Assembly (NCBI GenBank): GCA_029564175.1
Contig: JAKQQL010000309.1
Span: 1 to 28,118 of the forward strand
Direction: 5' to 3'
Length of the DNA stretch: 28,118 nucleotides
Origin: Candidatus Cloacimonadota bacterium
GTDB taxonomy: Bacteria; Cloacimonadota; Cloacimonadia; Cloacimonadales; WRIO01
Shown: one piece after another, positions 17,378-26,092 of the stretch
How positions within the stretch are numbered: the stretch's first letter is position 1
Layout: each line of letters starts with the position of its first letter
The notes under the pieces: model-generated
The model's input: the letters and a program-made list of their open reading frames with translations, nothing else
Told to the model about the DNA's origin: nothing
The model's database searches: none
Made by a program: the position numbers and the translations under genes

Positions 17378-18226
17378 ATGAACTGTAAAAAATGCAAAGC
17401 AAAACTGGAAAATAACAGTATTTACTGTAATCAGTGCGGAATTCCGACTGGTTTTGTAAAACAGCATTTATCCGCTTTCAAGACTTTTGGTGAAGTTTAT
17501 AATGCTTATAAAGGGAACATGAGTAAACACTTTGGCATTTCTTTAATTATATTCATTTTGAGTGTATTGCCTGTATTTACAGGATTATATCTGATAAAAG
17601 AAAACTTTAATCAATTGAGTCCATTCTTGTTTTATGCAGTCAGTTTAGTGGTTTTGATGATATTTGTTCCTTTTTGGATCATTCCTTTGTCAAAAAAGGG
17701 AAATTATCTGGAATCTTCTTCTCAATTGTCTGATTTTTTCGCCTTTATAAAGCACTATCCATCAGCTTTGTTTTTGTGCTTTTTATCAGTAGTTTATTTA
17801 CTTTTATTAAAAGTAATCTGCCAGGGTGATCCGATACTGAATCTGGTACATCTGGTTTTGATTATATACGGACTGGCAATCATGCTACATGTACCTTCTC
17901 TGGTTTTTGAGAAAAAGATGAGCCCTTTAGCTGCCCTCAAAATGGCATATATCTCTGGTAAACACACCATTCGCTGGCAAAATGTCTTTATCGTGATGAT
18001 TTTAACTTTAATCAATGTGCCTGGCTTATTATTGATTCGATATGCTGAGTATCTAACCAGATACAATGAAATGAGTTCATGGATTGTTTCAATCATTATT
18101 TTCTTAGTCGCATCTGCTTACCTGTTTGTTGCGTTTCCATTGTCATGGCAACTGATAAAAAGTCAGTACCAGAAATATGCTGAACAGGGTATTTTTGAGA
18201 AAAATATCGAAAAAGAGATTGCATAG
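17378..18226 (+). CDS. Hypothetical membrane protein with N-terminal zinc ribbon
   Basis: CKKC...YCNQCG followed by about six hydrophobic segments; GGGAG RBS. Confidence 0.75.
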   Translation: MNCKKCKAKLENNSIYCNQCGIPTGFVKQHLSAFKTFGEVYNAYKGNMSKHFGISLIIFILSVLPVFTGLYLIKENFNQLSPFLFYAVSLVVLMIFVPFWIIPLSKKGNYLESSSQLSDFFAFIKHYPSALFLCFLSVVYLLLLKVICQGDPILNLVHLVLIIYGLAIMLHVPSLVFEKKMSPLAALKMAYISGKHTIRWQNVFIVMILTLINVPGLLLIRYAEYLTRYNEMSSWIVSIIIFLVASAYLFVAFPLSWQLIKSQYQKYAEQGIFEKNIEKEIA

Positions 18227-18392
18227 TAACGCAAGCAACCTGCTTGTGGAAGTTGAAAAATGACAAGCTCGCAGCTTGTCCTACAACGTGAAAAGTAACG
18301 CAAGCAATCTGCTTGTGGAAGTTATAAAATAACAAGCTGGTAGCTTGTCCCACAACGTGAAAAGTAACGCAACCAAGATGCTTGTAGTACGG
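18226..18392. repeat. REP-like cluster with 69-bp period
   Basis: GTAACGCAA(G/C)C at 18226, 18295 and 18364; ACAAGCT...AGCTTGT hairpins; ends in GATGCTTGTAGTACGG. Confidence 0.85.
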
Positions 18393-18407
18393 AGAAAAGA
18401 GACATTT

Positions 18408-19157
18408 ATGAATATATTTGAAACTCATGCCCATCTGGATTTTGATGATTATAAAAATGATCGTGATCAGGTGATAAAAAATGCATTTAAAGCAGGTGTT
18501 AAGAACATTATTAACATTGGAATAGATGAAGAAACTTCTAAAAACAGCATCAAATTAGCAGAGAAATATCCAGAAGTATATGCCAGTGTAGGTTATCATC
18601 CCTCAACCGTTGAAAAATTTGATGAAAAAGTGATTTATCAATTATCAAAGCATAAAAAAGTAGTAGCTATCGGAGAGATTGGCTTGGATTATTATCGTAA
18701 TTACAATCCAAAAGAGATGCAGAAAAAAGCTTATGCAAGACAGGTGGAGATAGCATGTGAGCTTAAAAAACCGATCATCATTCATGACAGAGAAGCTCAT
18801 GAGGACTGTTATGATGTTTTAAACCAGTGTAAAGCGGATAAAGTGGTGTTTCATTGCTTTTCCGGCGATGCGATCTTTGCAGAAAAAGTCTTGGCAAAAG
18901 GGTGGTATATTAGTATTACAGGCGTTGTCACCTATAAAAATTCCAATCTGGATGAAGTCATCAGAGTAATCCCCAAAGATAAACTCTTTATTGAAACAGA
19001 TTGCCCTTATTTGACACCCGTTCCTCACAGAGGAAAAAGAAATACGCCTGAATATTTACCATACGTCGTACAGAAAATTGCTGAGATATTAAGAGTTCCG
19101 CCTAATATGGTAGCTGAACAAACCTATCAAAATGCAAAGCAGTTTTTTTTGATATAA
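18408..19157 (+). CDS. tatD: TatD family hydrolase (DNase)
   Basis: ETHAHL, GYHP, AIGEIGLDYY, IHDREA, FHCFSG and ETDCPYL; start at ATG 18408. Confidence 0.94.
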   Translation: MNIFETHAHLDFDDYKNDRDQVIKNAFKAGVKNIINIGIDEETSKNSIKLAEKYPEVYASVGYHPSTVEKFDEKVIYQLSKHKKVVAIGEIGLDYYRNYNPKEMQKKAYARQVEIACELKKPIIIHDREAHEDCYDVLNQCKADKVVFHCFSGDAIFAEKVLAKGWYISITGVVTYKNSNLDEVIRVIPKDKLFIETDCPYLTPVPHRGKRNTPEYLPYVVQKIAEILRVPPNMVAEQTYQNAKQFFLI

Positions 19158-19158
19158 T

Positions 19159-19183
19159 CGTAATACAAGCATCCTGCTTGTAG
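19159..19183. repeat. Single family-1 REP-like palindrome
   Basis: CGTAATACAAGCATCCTGCTTGTAG. Confidence 0.75.
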
Positions 19184-19236
19184 AAATTAGTTGAAGGTAG
19201 CTTATCTTACAAATAAATTCATAGGGGAGGAATAAA

Positions 19237-20241
19237 ATGGATGGAAGAATCAGAAAATTATTTGATGATAACATTTTAAAAGAAGCTGCAGAAAGATTTG
19301 ATATTGCTTATGACAATCTTAAAGAATTGGGTGGATTTGAGAGCTTTATATATGAATTTTCACGTGAAGAGAAGCCTTATATTTTGAGAATTACACACAG
19401 CAGTCGAAGAACGCCTGAGATGATTGAGTCTGAGATGCACTGGATAGATTATTTACACAGACATCAGGTGAATTGCTCATTACCCTTACTGTCTCAACAG
19501 GGTAATCTCACGGAAACTGTTGGAGAAGGTGATAGAACCTTTGTGGTGTGTGCCTTTGATAAAGTACCTGGAGATCATCTGAGAAAAGAAGATTATAATG
19601 ATGATTTTACCTGTCAATATGGAAAATTATTAGGCAGAATGCACGCCAAAACAAAAGATTATCAGGCAGGTCATCATAAGAGAATTCACTGGTATGAAGA
19701 TGAAATGATCAAAGGCTTTGAAGATTTTGTGCCTTCAGATCAAACGATTGTTTTACAAAAACATCATGAAAACCGAGAATGTATTCACTCGATAAAAGCG
19801 CATAGAGATAATTATGGATTAGTCCATTATGATGCCCATGGGGGAAATTATTTTGTGAAAGATAATCAACTCTATATCTTTGATTTTGACGATAGTCAAT
19901 ATGCCTTTTTTAGTGCGGACATTGCGATTGTTCTCTTTTATTTTGTGATGCACTGTCCAAAAGATATGAGTAAGGAAACCTTTATCAGTCATTTCTTTAA
20001 GCAGTTTATGAAAGGTTATCTGAGTGAAAATCAGATTGATGCTGAAGAAATGAAGTATATTTCTTTATTTTTAAAACAGAGAGAATTCCTGCTTTATGCC
20101 GTGATTTATCATGCTTATCCAGATGGTCAGTATGATAACTGGGCAACTCATTATATGAATGGCAGACGAGAGAAACTTGAAAATGATATTCCTTATATAG
20201 ATTGTGATTTTTATTCTCTTTTTAAAGAGATTGAATGTTAA
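19237..20241 (+). CDS. APH/choline kinase-family phosphotransferase
   Basis: YILRI, LGRMH, Brenner-like GLVHYDAHGGN, IFDFDD and DIA motifs. Confidence 0.88.
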   Translation: MDGRIRKLFDDNILKEAAERFDIAYDNLKELGGFESFIYEFSREEKPYILRITHSSRRTPEMIESEMHWIDYLHRHQVNCSLPLLSQQGNLTETVGEGDRTFVVCAFDKVPGDHLRKEDYNDDFTCQYGKLLGRMHAKTKDYQAGHHKRIHWYEDEMIKGFEDFVPSDQTIVLQKHHENRECIHSIKAHRDNYGLVHYDAHGGNYFVKDNQLYIFDFDDSQYAFFSADIAIVLFYFVMHCPKDMSKETFISHFFKQFMKGYLSENQIDAEEMKYISLFLKQREFLLYAVIYHAYPDGQYDNWATHYMNGRREKLENDIPYIDCDFYSLFKEIEC

Positions 20242-20252
20242 TCTGAATCAAA

Positions 20253-22421
20253 ATGAAAAATTACCAGATTACAGCTGATGAATTGCTGGAACTGATCAGG
20301 AAAAATTATTCTGAAGAGGATACTGAGTGTGTCCACAAAGCGATTGTATTTGCTCATGAAGCTCATCAGCACCAAAAACGAAAATCGGGTGAAGATTACA
20401 TCATTCATCCGCTGGCAGTTGCCGGTATTCTCGCAAATATGCAGGCTGATAAGGCAACACTTGTGGCTGGAATACTCCACGATGTGATCGAAGATACCCG
20501 TTTTTCATACGAGGATCTGAAAAATGTGTTTGGTGAAGAAGCCGTCAGCCTGGTGGATGGTGTAACCAAACTCCATCATTTTCATTATAGAACTGACAGT
20601 AAACGAAGAGATGATCAGGCCAATAATTACCGTAAATTGCTGGTTGCAATAACAAAGGATTTCAGGGTTTTACTGATTAAACTGGCTGATCGATTGCACA
20701 ATATGCATACACTCAGCTTTCAAAATGAAGAAAGCAGACTGAGAATTGCCAGAGAGACATTAGATATCTATGCCCCATTGGCAAACCGTTTTGGGTTAAC
20801 CAAAATTCAGAATGAACTCGAAGATCTATCTATCAAGTACCTGGATCCGGAAGAATACAAAAACATAGCCCGTTTTATCAATGAAACCAAACGAGAAAGA
20901 GATCACTATGTTCATTGTCTATTGCCTGATTTAAAAAAACTATTTGCAGATAATGGAATTCAGGCAGTGATCTATGGCAGGGCAAAGCATATCTACAGTA
21001 TCTATCGTAAACGCACAGTTCGAAAAGTACCTTATGATGAAATTTATGATTTTGTGGGAATTCGTATCTTAGTTGATACCCTTGAACAGTGTTATCTGGC
21101 ACTGACCTTGATTCATTCCGCTTATGAACCCGTTGAAAAATTATTAAAAGACTATATTCTGAGACCTAAACCGAATGGATATCAGTCGTTACACACGGTT
21201 GTTATCGGTCCATCGGACAGGAAAATAGAATTTCAGATTCGTACCCATGAAATGCATCTGTATGCAGAAGAAGGGATTGCTGCTCACTGGCGGTACAAGG
21301 AACACAAAGGACATACAAAAGAAGTTAGTGAATCAGAAAGTCTGATTTGGTTGAAAGATATTCTGAAGAAAGAGATTGGAGAAGACAGGGATTTCATAGA
21401 ATTTCTGCGTCTAAAACTCAAGTCAGAAGGAATTGTAGTTGTTTCTCCTCAGAATGATTATATCAAATTACCGCTTGATGCTACACCGCTGGATTTTGCA
21501 TTTTCAATCCATTCAGAAGTTGGTTTACGGTGTATTGGTGCAAGAGTGAATGGTAAGATGGTGCCATTAAAAACAGCACTTATGGATGGCGATATGGTGG
21601 AGATTATTACCTCTGCCAAAGCGAACCCAAGCCGTGACTGGCTTACATGGCTCAAATCATCACATGCAAGACAGAAACTGGGAGCCTATCTCAGACGAAA
21701 AGAGAGAGAAGACGCCATCAGACTGGGAAAAGATATCTTTGAAAAGAGATGCCGTAAACTGCATTGGAAGTACAAAACAGATGAAGAATTTAAAGCCCTG
21801 TTTAAATTAATAAAAGTGAACGATAAAAGTACTCTTTTTTACTTGCTTGGGACTGGCCGGATGCTATTTGCCCAGATTAAAGAGATAGTTTTACAGAGTC
21901 AAAAACCATTTAATCCGGTCATCGAGAAGATTGAAGATTTCAGCTCTGGTAAAAGTAGTATGATTGGAATCCGGATTGGAGATATCCATAATCTGATGAT
22001 CAGTTTTGCATCTTGTTGTCATCCAAATCCAGGAGATGAGGTGATCGGCTATATCACACGAGGCAGGGGAATTAGTTTACACAGGAAAAACTGTTCCAAT
22101 CCTTCATTTCAACAGCTCTGTGAACAGGAAGCTGACCGTATTGTCCAGGTATTCTGGGAGACACCTGAACAGAAGAATTTTGTGCAGACCTCAGCTGCCA
22201 GAATAAAAGTAATCGGTAAAACCAGAGCCCGGCTGTTATTTGATATGATGGGTGTTTTTGCCCGTTATCAGGTGATGGCAAAAGAAGTCAGCCGTGAGAT
22301 ACACGGCCATGATATTCAGGTGATATATCATTTGCAATATGCCCATTCATCCGATTTTGATAAGATCTGTTCACGTCTTAAAAAGATTCCAGGTGTCAAT
22401 GATGTTTTGAAAATGAGCTGA
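20253..22421 (+). CDS. rel: Long bifunctional (p)ppGpp synthetase/hydrolase (RelA/SpoT homolog)
   Basis: HD hydrolase (QKRKSGEDYIIHP, LHDVIEDT, KLADRLHNM), synthetase (KPNGYQSLHT, EFQIRT), TGS (TPLDFAFSIH), CCHPNPGD and C-terminal ACT region. Confidence 0.95.
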   Translation: MKNYQITADELLELIRKNYSEEDTECVHKAIVFAHEAHQHQKRKSGEDYIIHPLAVAGILANMQADKATLVAGILHDVIEDTRFSYEDLKNVFGEEAVSLVDGVTKLHHFHYRTDSKRRDDQANNYRKLLVAITKDFRVLLIKLADRLHNMHTLSFQNEESRLRIARETLDIYAPLANRFGLTKIQNELEDLSIKYLDPEEYKNIARFINETKRERDHYVHCLLPDLKKLFADNGIQAVIYGRAKHIYSIYRKRTVRKVPYDEIYDFVGIRILVDTLEQCYLALTLIHSAYEPVEKLLKDYILRPKPNGYQSLHTVVIGPSDRKIEFQIRTHEMHLYAEEGIAAHWRYKEHKGHTKEVSESESLIWLKDILKKEIGEDRDFIEFLRLKLKSEGIVVVSPQNDYIKLPLDATPLDFAFSIHSEVGLRCIGARVNGKMVPLKTALMDGDMVEIITSAKANPSRDWLTWLKSSHARQKLGAYLRRKEREDAIRLGKDIFEKRCRKLHWKYKTDEEFKALFKLIKVNDKSTLFYLLGTGRMLFAQIKEIVLQSQKPFNPVIEKIEDFSSGKSSMIGIRIGDIHNLMISFASCCHPNPGDEVIGYITRGRGISLHRKNCSNPSFQQLCEQEADRIVQVFWETPEQKNFVQTSAARIKVIGKTRARLLFDMMGVFARYQVMAKEVSREIHGHDIQVIYHLQYAHSSDFDKICSRLKKIPGVNDVLKMS

Positions 22422-22473
22422 TATTATCTCTTGACAACAGACAAAAATAAGTTAAATTGTTAATGAGGATAAA

Positions 22474-22770
22474 ATGAATAAAAATGAGATTTTACATAAG
22501 ATTAAAGAGAACAGAGAAACTCTTAAAAACATGGGACTGAAGCAGGTAGGTCTATTCGGATCGTATTCAAGAAGTGAAGCGAATGAAAAAAGTGACATTG
22601 ATTTATTGATAGAGTTTTTGCCTGAACAAAAGAATTATTCTAATTATATGCGGGTTTATGATTTTTTTGAACAGTTATTTCAGAAGAAGATAGATTTGAT
22701 AACAAAGGAATCTGTTAGTCCTTATATTTATCCTTACATTGAAGGTGAAATTGTTTATGAAAAATTATAA
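22474..22770 (+). CDS. Minimal nucleotidyltransferase (MNT/MntA-type antitoxin)
   Basis: GLFGSYSR...SDIDLLIEF (GS-x10-DxD) and KIDL; 98 aa; TTGACA at 22431 upstream. Confidence 0.9.
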   Translation: MNKNEILHKIKENRETLKNMGLKQVGLFGSYSRSEANEKSDIDLLIEFLPEQKNYSNYMRVYDFFEQLFQKKIDLITKESVSPYIYPYIEGEIVYEKL

Positions 22771-23103
22771 AGAATTTGCGAGTAACTACTCAGGTACTAG
22801 TTATTATTTTAAAAACAGCAATAAATGATAAATTTAAAGCAACTGTAGGGATTTGCGAAGCGAAGCGCCGTAAATCCGCTTAGAATACCTGTATGATACA
22901 CAGATCAAGGGAGTTATCCTTTTGTTTTTCGGATGTACGGCACTACGCAAGCTCCGTTTCGCACATCCCTACAGACCGTTTTGACATTTTGCAGATGCAC
23001 ATTTATTGTGTAAACAAGTACCTGAGTAGTTACATTTGCAAAACAGATCTATGATGAAATCATTTTTATAGAATTATCCATTCAGGTATATAGCAAGAAA
23101 TGA
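22757..23103 (+). pseudogene. Probable HEPN (DUF86/HepT-like) toxin remnant, MITE-interrupted and truncated
   Basis: ATG overlaps the MNT 3' end. Removing the MITE and one target copy gives MKNYKEFAKQIYDEIIFIELSIQVYSKK*, which resembles the start of DUF86 proteins. Confidence 0.6.
22782..23033. mobile_element. 252-bp MITE (non-autonomous)
   Basis: Perfect 17-bp TIRs GTAACTACTCAGGTACT (22782-22798) and AGTACCTGAGTAGTTAC (23017-23033). 8-bp target duplication ATTTGCGA/ATTTGCAA. Internal inverted repeats; no transposase. Confidence 0.88.
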
Positions 23104-23133
23104 TAATGTAATAGTTTTATAAAAGGAGATTAT

Positions 23134-24546
23134 ATGAATCCTTTTCAGGAAGATTTTTATATATTAACTGAAAAATTGGCAGAGACCCATCCCAATATTT
23201 ATCATGCAGTTGGAATATCTCAGATTGAACAGGAAAAAGAAAGAATCATGGCTTTACTGGTTGATGTAAATGATAATTTTCAAGCCAAGATCCTTTATCA
23301 GCAATTTATCAGAAATTTCAAAGATGGGCATACATGTTTGACAGATTTTTATGGAATTAAGGAAGATCGATTTGGTATCATCATTGAAAAAACAGGAGAT
23401 GATCTTTACATTAAAAATATTCATCAAGATTATCCTGAAGAACTCATAGGTCAGAAAATCATCGAAATAGCCGGACAGCCGGCATTGGAAGTTTATCAGA
23501 AAGTAGCGGGTTTGATTTGCAGTGATAATGTGTATGGTGAAGCGAAAACCTTTTCCAATCATTTTGCCAATTGCCCTTCTATTTATAAAAGCCTTGGCAT
23601 CACGGATGATGAACAACTGTCGCTGATGACAGAAAACGGCACGACTGTAGAGATCAGAACCTACTCAAATCCAAGTTATTATCCGCCCAAAAAAGAAGCT
23701 TATACCAAAAAATCGGATAATCACTTTGATTACAAGATTATGGATAATATCTGCTATTTTCAATACAATGCCTGTTTTGATCAGCAAACTGCAGACTACT
23801 ACAAGGCATCCGGTATGTTTAAAGGGGATATACTGGATTATTTTGAGAAACAGGCAAAAGAAAAAGGTGGCGACTTTAGAGATTTTCTAAACAGAATGTT
23901 TCATGATATTGAACAAAAAAAGATTCAACATTTGATTATTGACCTCAGATACAATAGTGGAGGAAACAGCTCTTTAAATGATCAGCTTTTATGCTGTATT
24001 CTGGATGATAATCAGGAGATTAGCTGTGGCAGAGTAAATCGTAAGGTCTCTCCATTAGTTAAAGAATGCCGTCCGGAGCAGTTTAGTTATTATATGGAAG
24101 ATCATGATGAAAAGGATATGCCTTTTTTTTGTAATAGTGAACAATTGAAAACAAATGCCTTTCAGTTTCATGATCCGAAAAGCTCTTTCTACTACAAAGC
24201 ACCTTACAAATTTAGAGGTCAGATTTATCTACTTATTGGCAAGAGTACATTCAGCTCTGCTGCTATGCTAGCTTATGTGATGTCTGATAATAAACTGGCA
24301 ATCACAATTGGTGAAGCGACTTCCGGAAAACCTTCCCATTATGGGGATGTGCTGAATTTTAGTTTGCCCAATACAGGTGCAAGGGTACAAGTCTCATATT
24401 CTGAGTTTTTCCGTCCAGATGAAAGCAAAAATGCAGAAGATGCGCTCTATCCAGATTATTTAGTTTTGCCTGATATTAAGTCATTACACTTTGAGGGAGT
24501 TGATAGGGTATTTGAAAAGGCGGTAGCATTAATACGGGAGAATTAG
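23134..24546 (+). CDS. S41 family peptidase
   Basis: KDGHT, IIDLRYNSGGNS, TFSSAA, IGEATSG and LPNTG motifs; AGGAG RBS. Confidence 0.88.
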   Translation: MNPFQEDFYILTEKLAETHPNIYHAVGISQIEQEKERIMALLVDVNDNFQAKILYQQFIRNFKDGHTCLTDFYGIKEDRFGIIIEKTGDDLYIKNIHQDYPEELIGQKIIEIAGQPALEVYQKVAGLICSDNVYGEAKTFSNHFANCPSIYKSLGITDDEQLSLMTENGTTVEIRTYSNPSYYPPKKEAYTKKSDNHFDYKIMDNICYFQYNACFDQQTADYYKASGMFKGDILDYFEKQAKEKGGDFRDFLNRMFHDIEQKKIQHLIIDLRYNSGGNSSLNDQLLCCILDDNQEISCGRVNRKVSPLVKECRPEQFSYYMEDHDEKDMPFFCNSEQLKTNAFQFHDPKSSFYYKAPYKFRGQIYLLIGKSTFSSAAMLAYVMSDNKLAITIGEATSGKPSHYGDVLNFSLPNTGARVQVSYSEFFRPDESKNAEDALYPDYLVLPDIKSLHFEGVDRVFEKAVALIREN

Positions 24547-25034
24547 AGGCTTTAGCCCTGACATTTTAGCAGTAAACGAACCCGTACATACATCAGGGTT
24601 ATTTGTTTTATTAATTCCATTTCTTATTTTCATGATAGTTTATTCGTGCTATCTTTATCAATAACAGTTGTTTCTCTTTCTGCCTGATCCCTCTTTCCTC
24701 CTTCTTCCTTTCTCCCTTCTTTCCTCTTCAAATTTTTAATCACATAAGACTTATGTGGGAAGATTGCAGGCAGAGAATAAGATGTGAAAAATGGGTTTTC
24801 TACAGGATAGATAAGAGAATCATATGATTATTAAGGAGAATTGATATAGATTATATACTGATTTATCAGTAAAAATAAGAGAATTTTAATGAATAAGTAG
24901 ATCAATAATTATGATTCGTTACAGATGTTAATAAAATATCCATCAAGATCGTTCTAATATCAAACCTCTTGATCTATTTTCATTGGGTTGACACCAGATT
25001 AAAAATCACTTGACGTTTTCTAATTGCTTTTAAA

Positions 25035-25997
25035 ATGGCAGATATGATAAATATGATTGTGTTGATTATAGGATTAATTTTATTGTTAAAAGGGGCTGAT
25101 TTCTTTGTGGAAGGCTCCTCGGCACTCGCATTGCGTCTAAAAGTACCTCAGATTGTTATTGGTTTGACAGTGGTCGCTTTTGGTACTTCTGCACCTGAAT
25201 TGATTGTGTCTGTATTCTCCGCTATGAAAGGTCAGAATGAGATTGCTGTTGCCAATGTAGTAGGTAGTAATCTATTTAATATCTTTATGATTTTAGGGAT
25301 TACCGGTTTGATTGTACCATTACAGGTAAAAGAAACCAGTGTCTGGCGCGAAATACCATTTTCTCTGATTGTAACCTTAGTCTGTTTTGCTTTGTTTAAT
25401 GACACTTTTTTTGATGCAGCCAATGATAATTATCTGTCGCGTATAGATTCAATCGTTTTGCTTGCTTTATTTGTTTTGTTTATTATTTACAACTTTATAT
25501 TGATCAAGGCAGATTCAAGCAGTGATTATGAGATTTCTCCTCTTTCAAACATTAGAATCATTATATATATCATATTGGGTTTGTCAGCTCTGGTATTTGG
25601 TGGCAGACTGGTTGTAAACAGTGCTGTGAAAATTGCTGAAAGTTTTCATGTCAGTACAAAGATTATCGGTTTGACCATCGTGGCTGCCGGTACTTCCTTA
25701 CCTGAGTTGATCACTTCTATTGTAGCAGCCCGAAAAGGAAAAGCCGACATTGCAGTAGGTAATGTGGTAGGGTCAAATATATTTAATACGACCTTAATAC
25801 TTGGTGTAAGTGGCTTGATGTATCCAATCAAATACAATTCAAATTTTAACTATGACATGGCACTACTAATCACAGGTTCTGTTTTATTGTTCATTTTTAT
25901 GTTTACTTTTAAAAGGCATAAGTTGGACAGACCAGAGTCAATGATCTTTTTAATTGCTTATGTGGTGTATGTGCTCATTACATTATTAAATGTATAG
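25035..25997 (+). CDS. Calcium/sodium antiporter (CaCA family, YrbG-like)
   Basis: Two alpha repeats: GTSAPE...NVVGSNLFN and GTSLPE...GNVVGSNIFN. Confidence 0.94.
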   Translation: MADMINMIVLIIGLILLLKGADFFVEGSSALALRLKVPQIVIGLTVVAFGTSAPELIVSVFSAMKGQNEIAVANVVGSNLFNIFMILGITGLIVPLQVKETSVWREIPFSLIVTLVCFALFNDTFFDAANDNYLSRIDSIVLLALFVLFIIYNFILIKADSSSDYEISPLSNIRIIIYIILGLSALVFGGRLVVNSAVKIAESFHVSTKIIGLTIVAAGTSLPELITSIVAARKGKADIAVGNVVGSNIFNTTLILGVSGLMYPIKYNSNFNYDMALLITGSVLLFIFMFTFKRHKLDRPESMIFLIAYVVYVLITLLNV

Positions 25998-26012
25998 AAA
26001 AACCCTTATAAT

Positions 26013-26028
26013 TGGCATTAAACTTGCA
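26013..26028 (+). promoter_or_regulatory. Putative sigma54 -24/-12 promoter
   Basis: TGGCATTAAACTTGCA has exact GG-N10-GC spacing and lies about 65 nt before the gingipain ATG. Confidence 0.65.
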
Positions 26029-26092
26029 TAATATTAGCGGAATAATAAAAAGTTAAAAAAAACAAATACAAAAAAAAGAAAGAGGGGCACAG

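Noticed and set aside
18345..18407. N-terminal extension of TatD
   Set aside because: It lies in the REP cluster; the family starts at MNIFETHAH.
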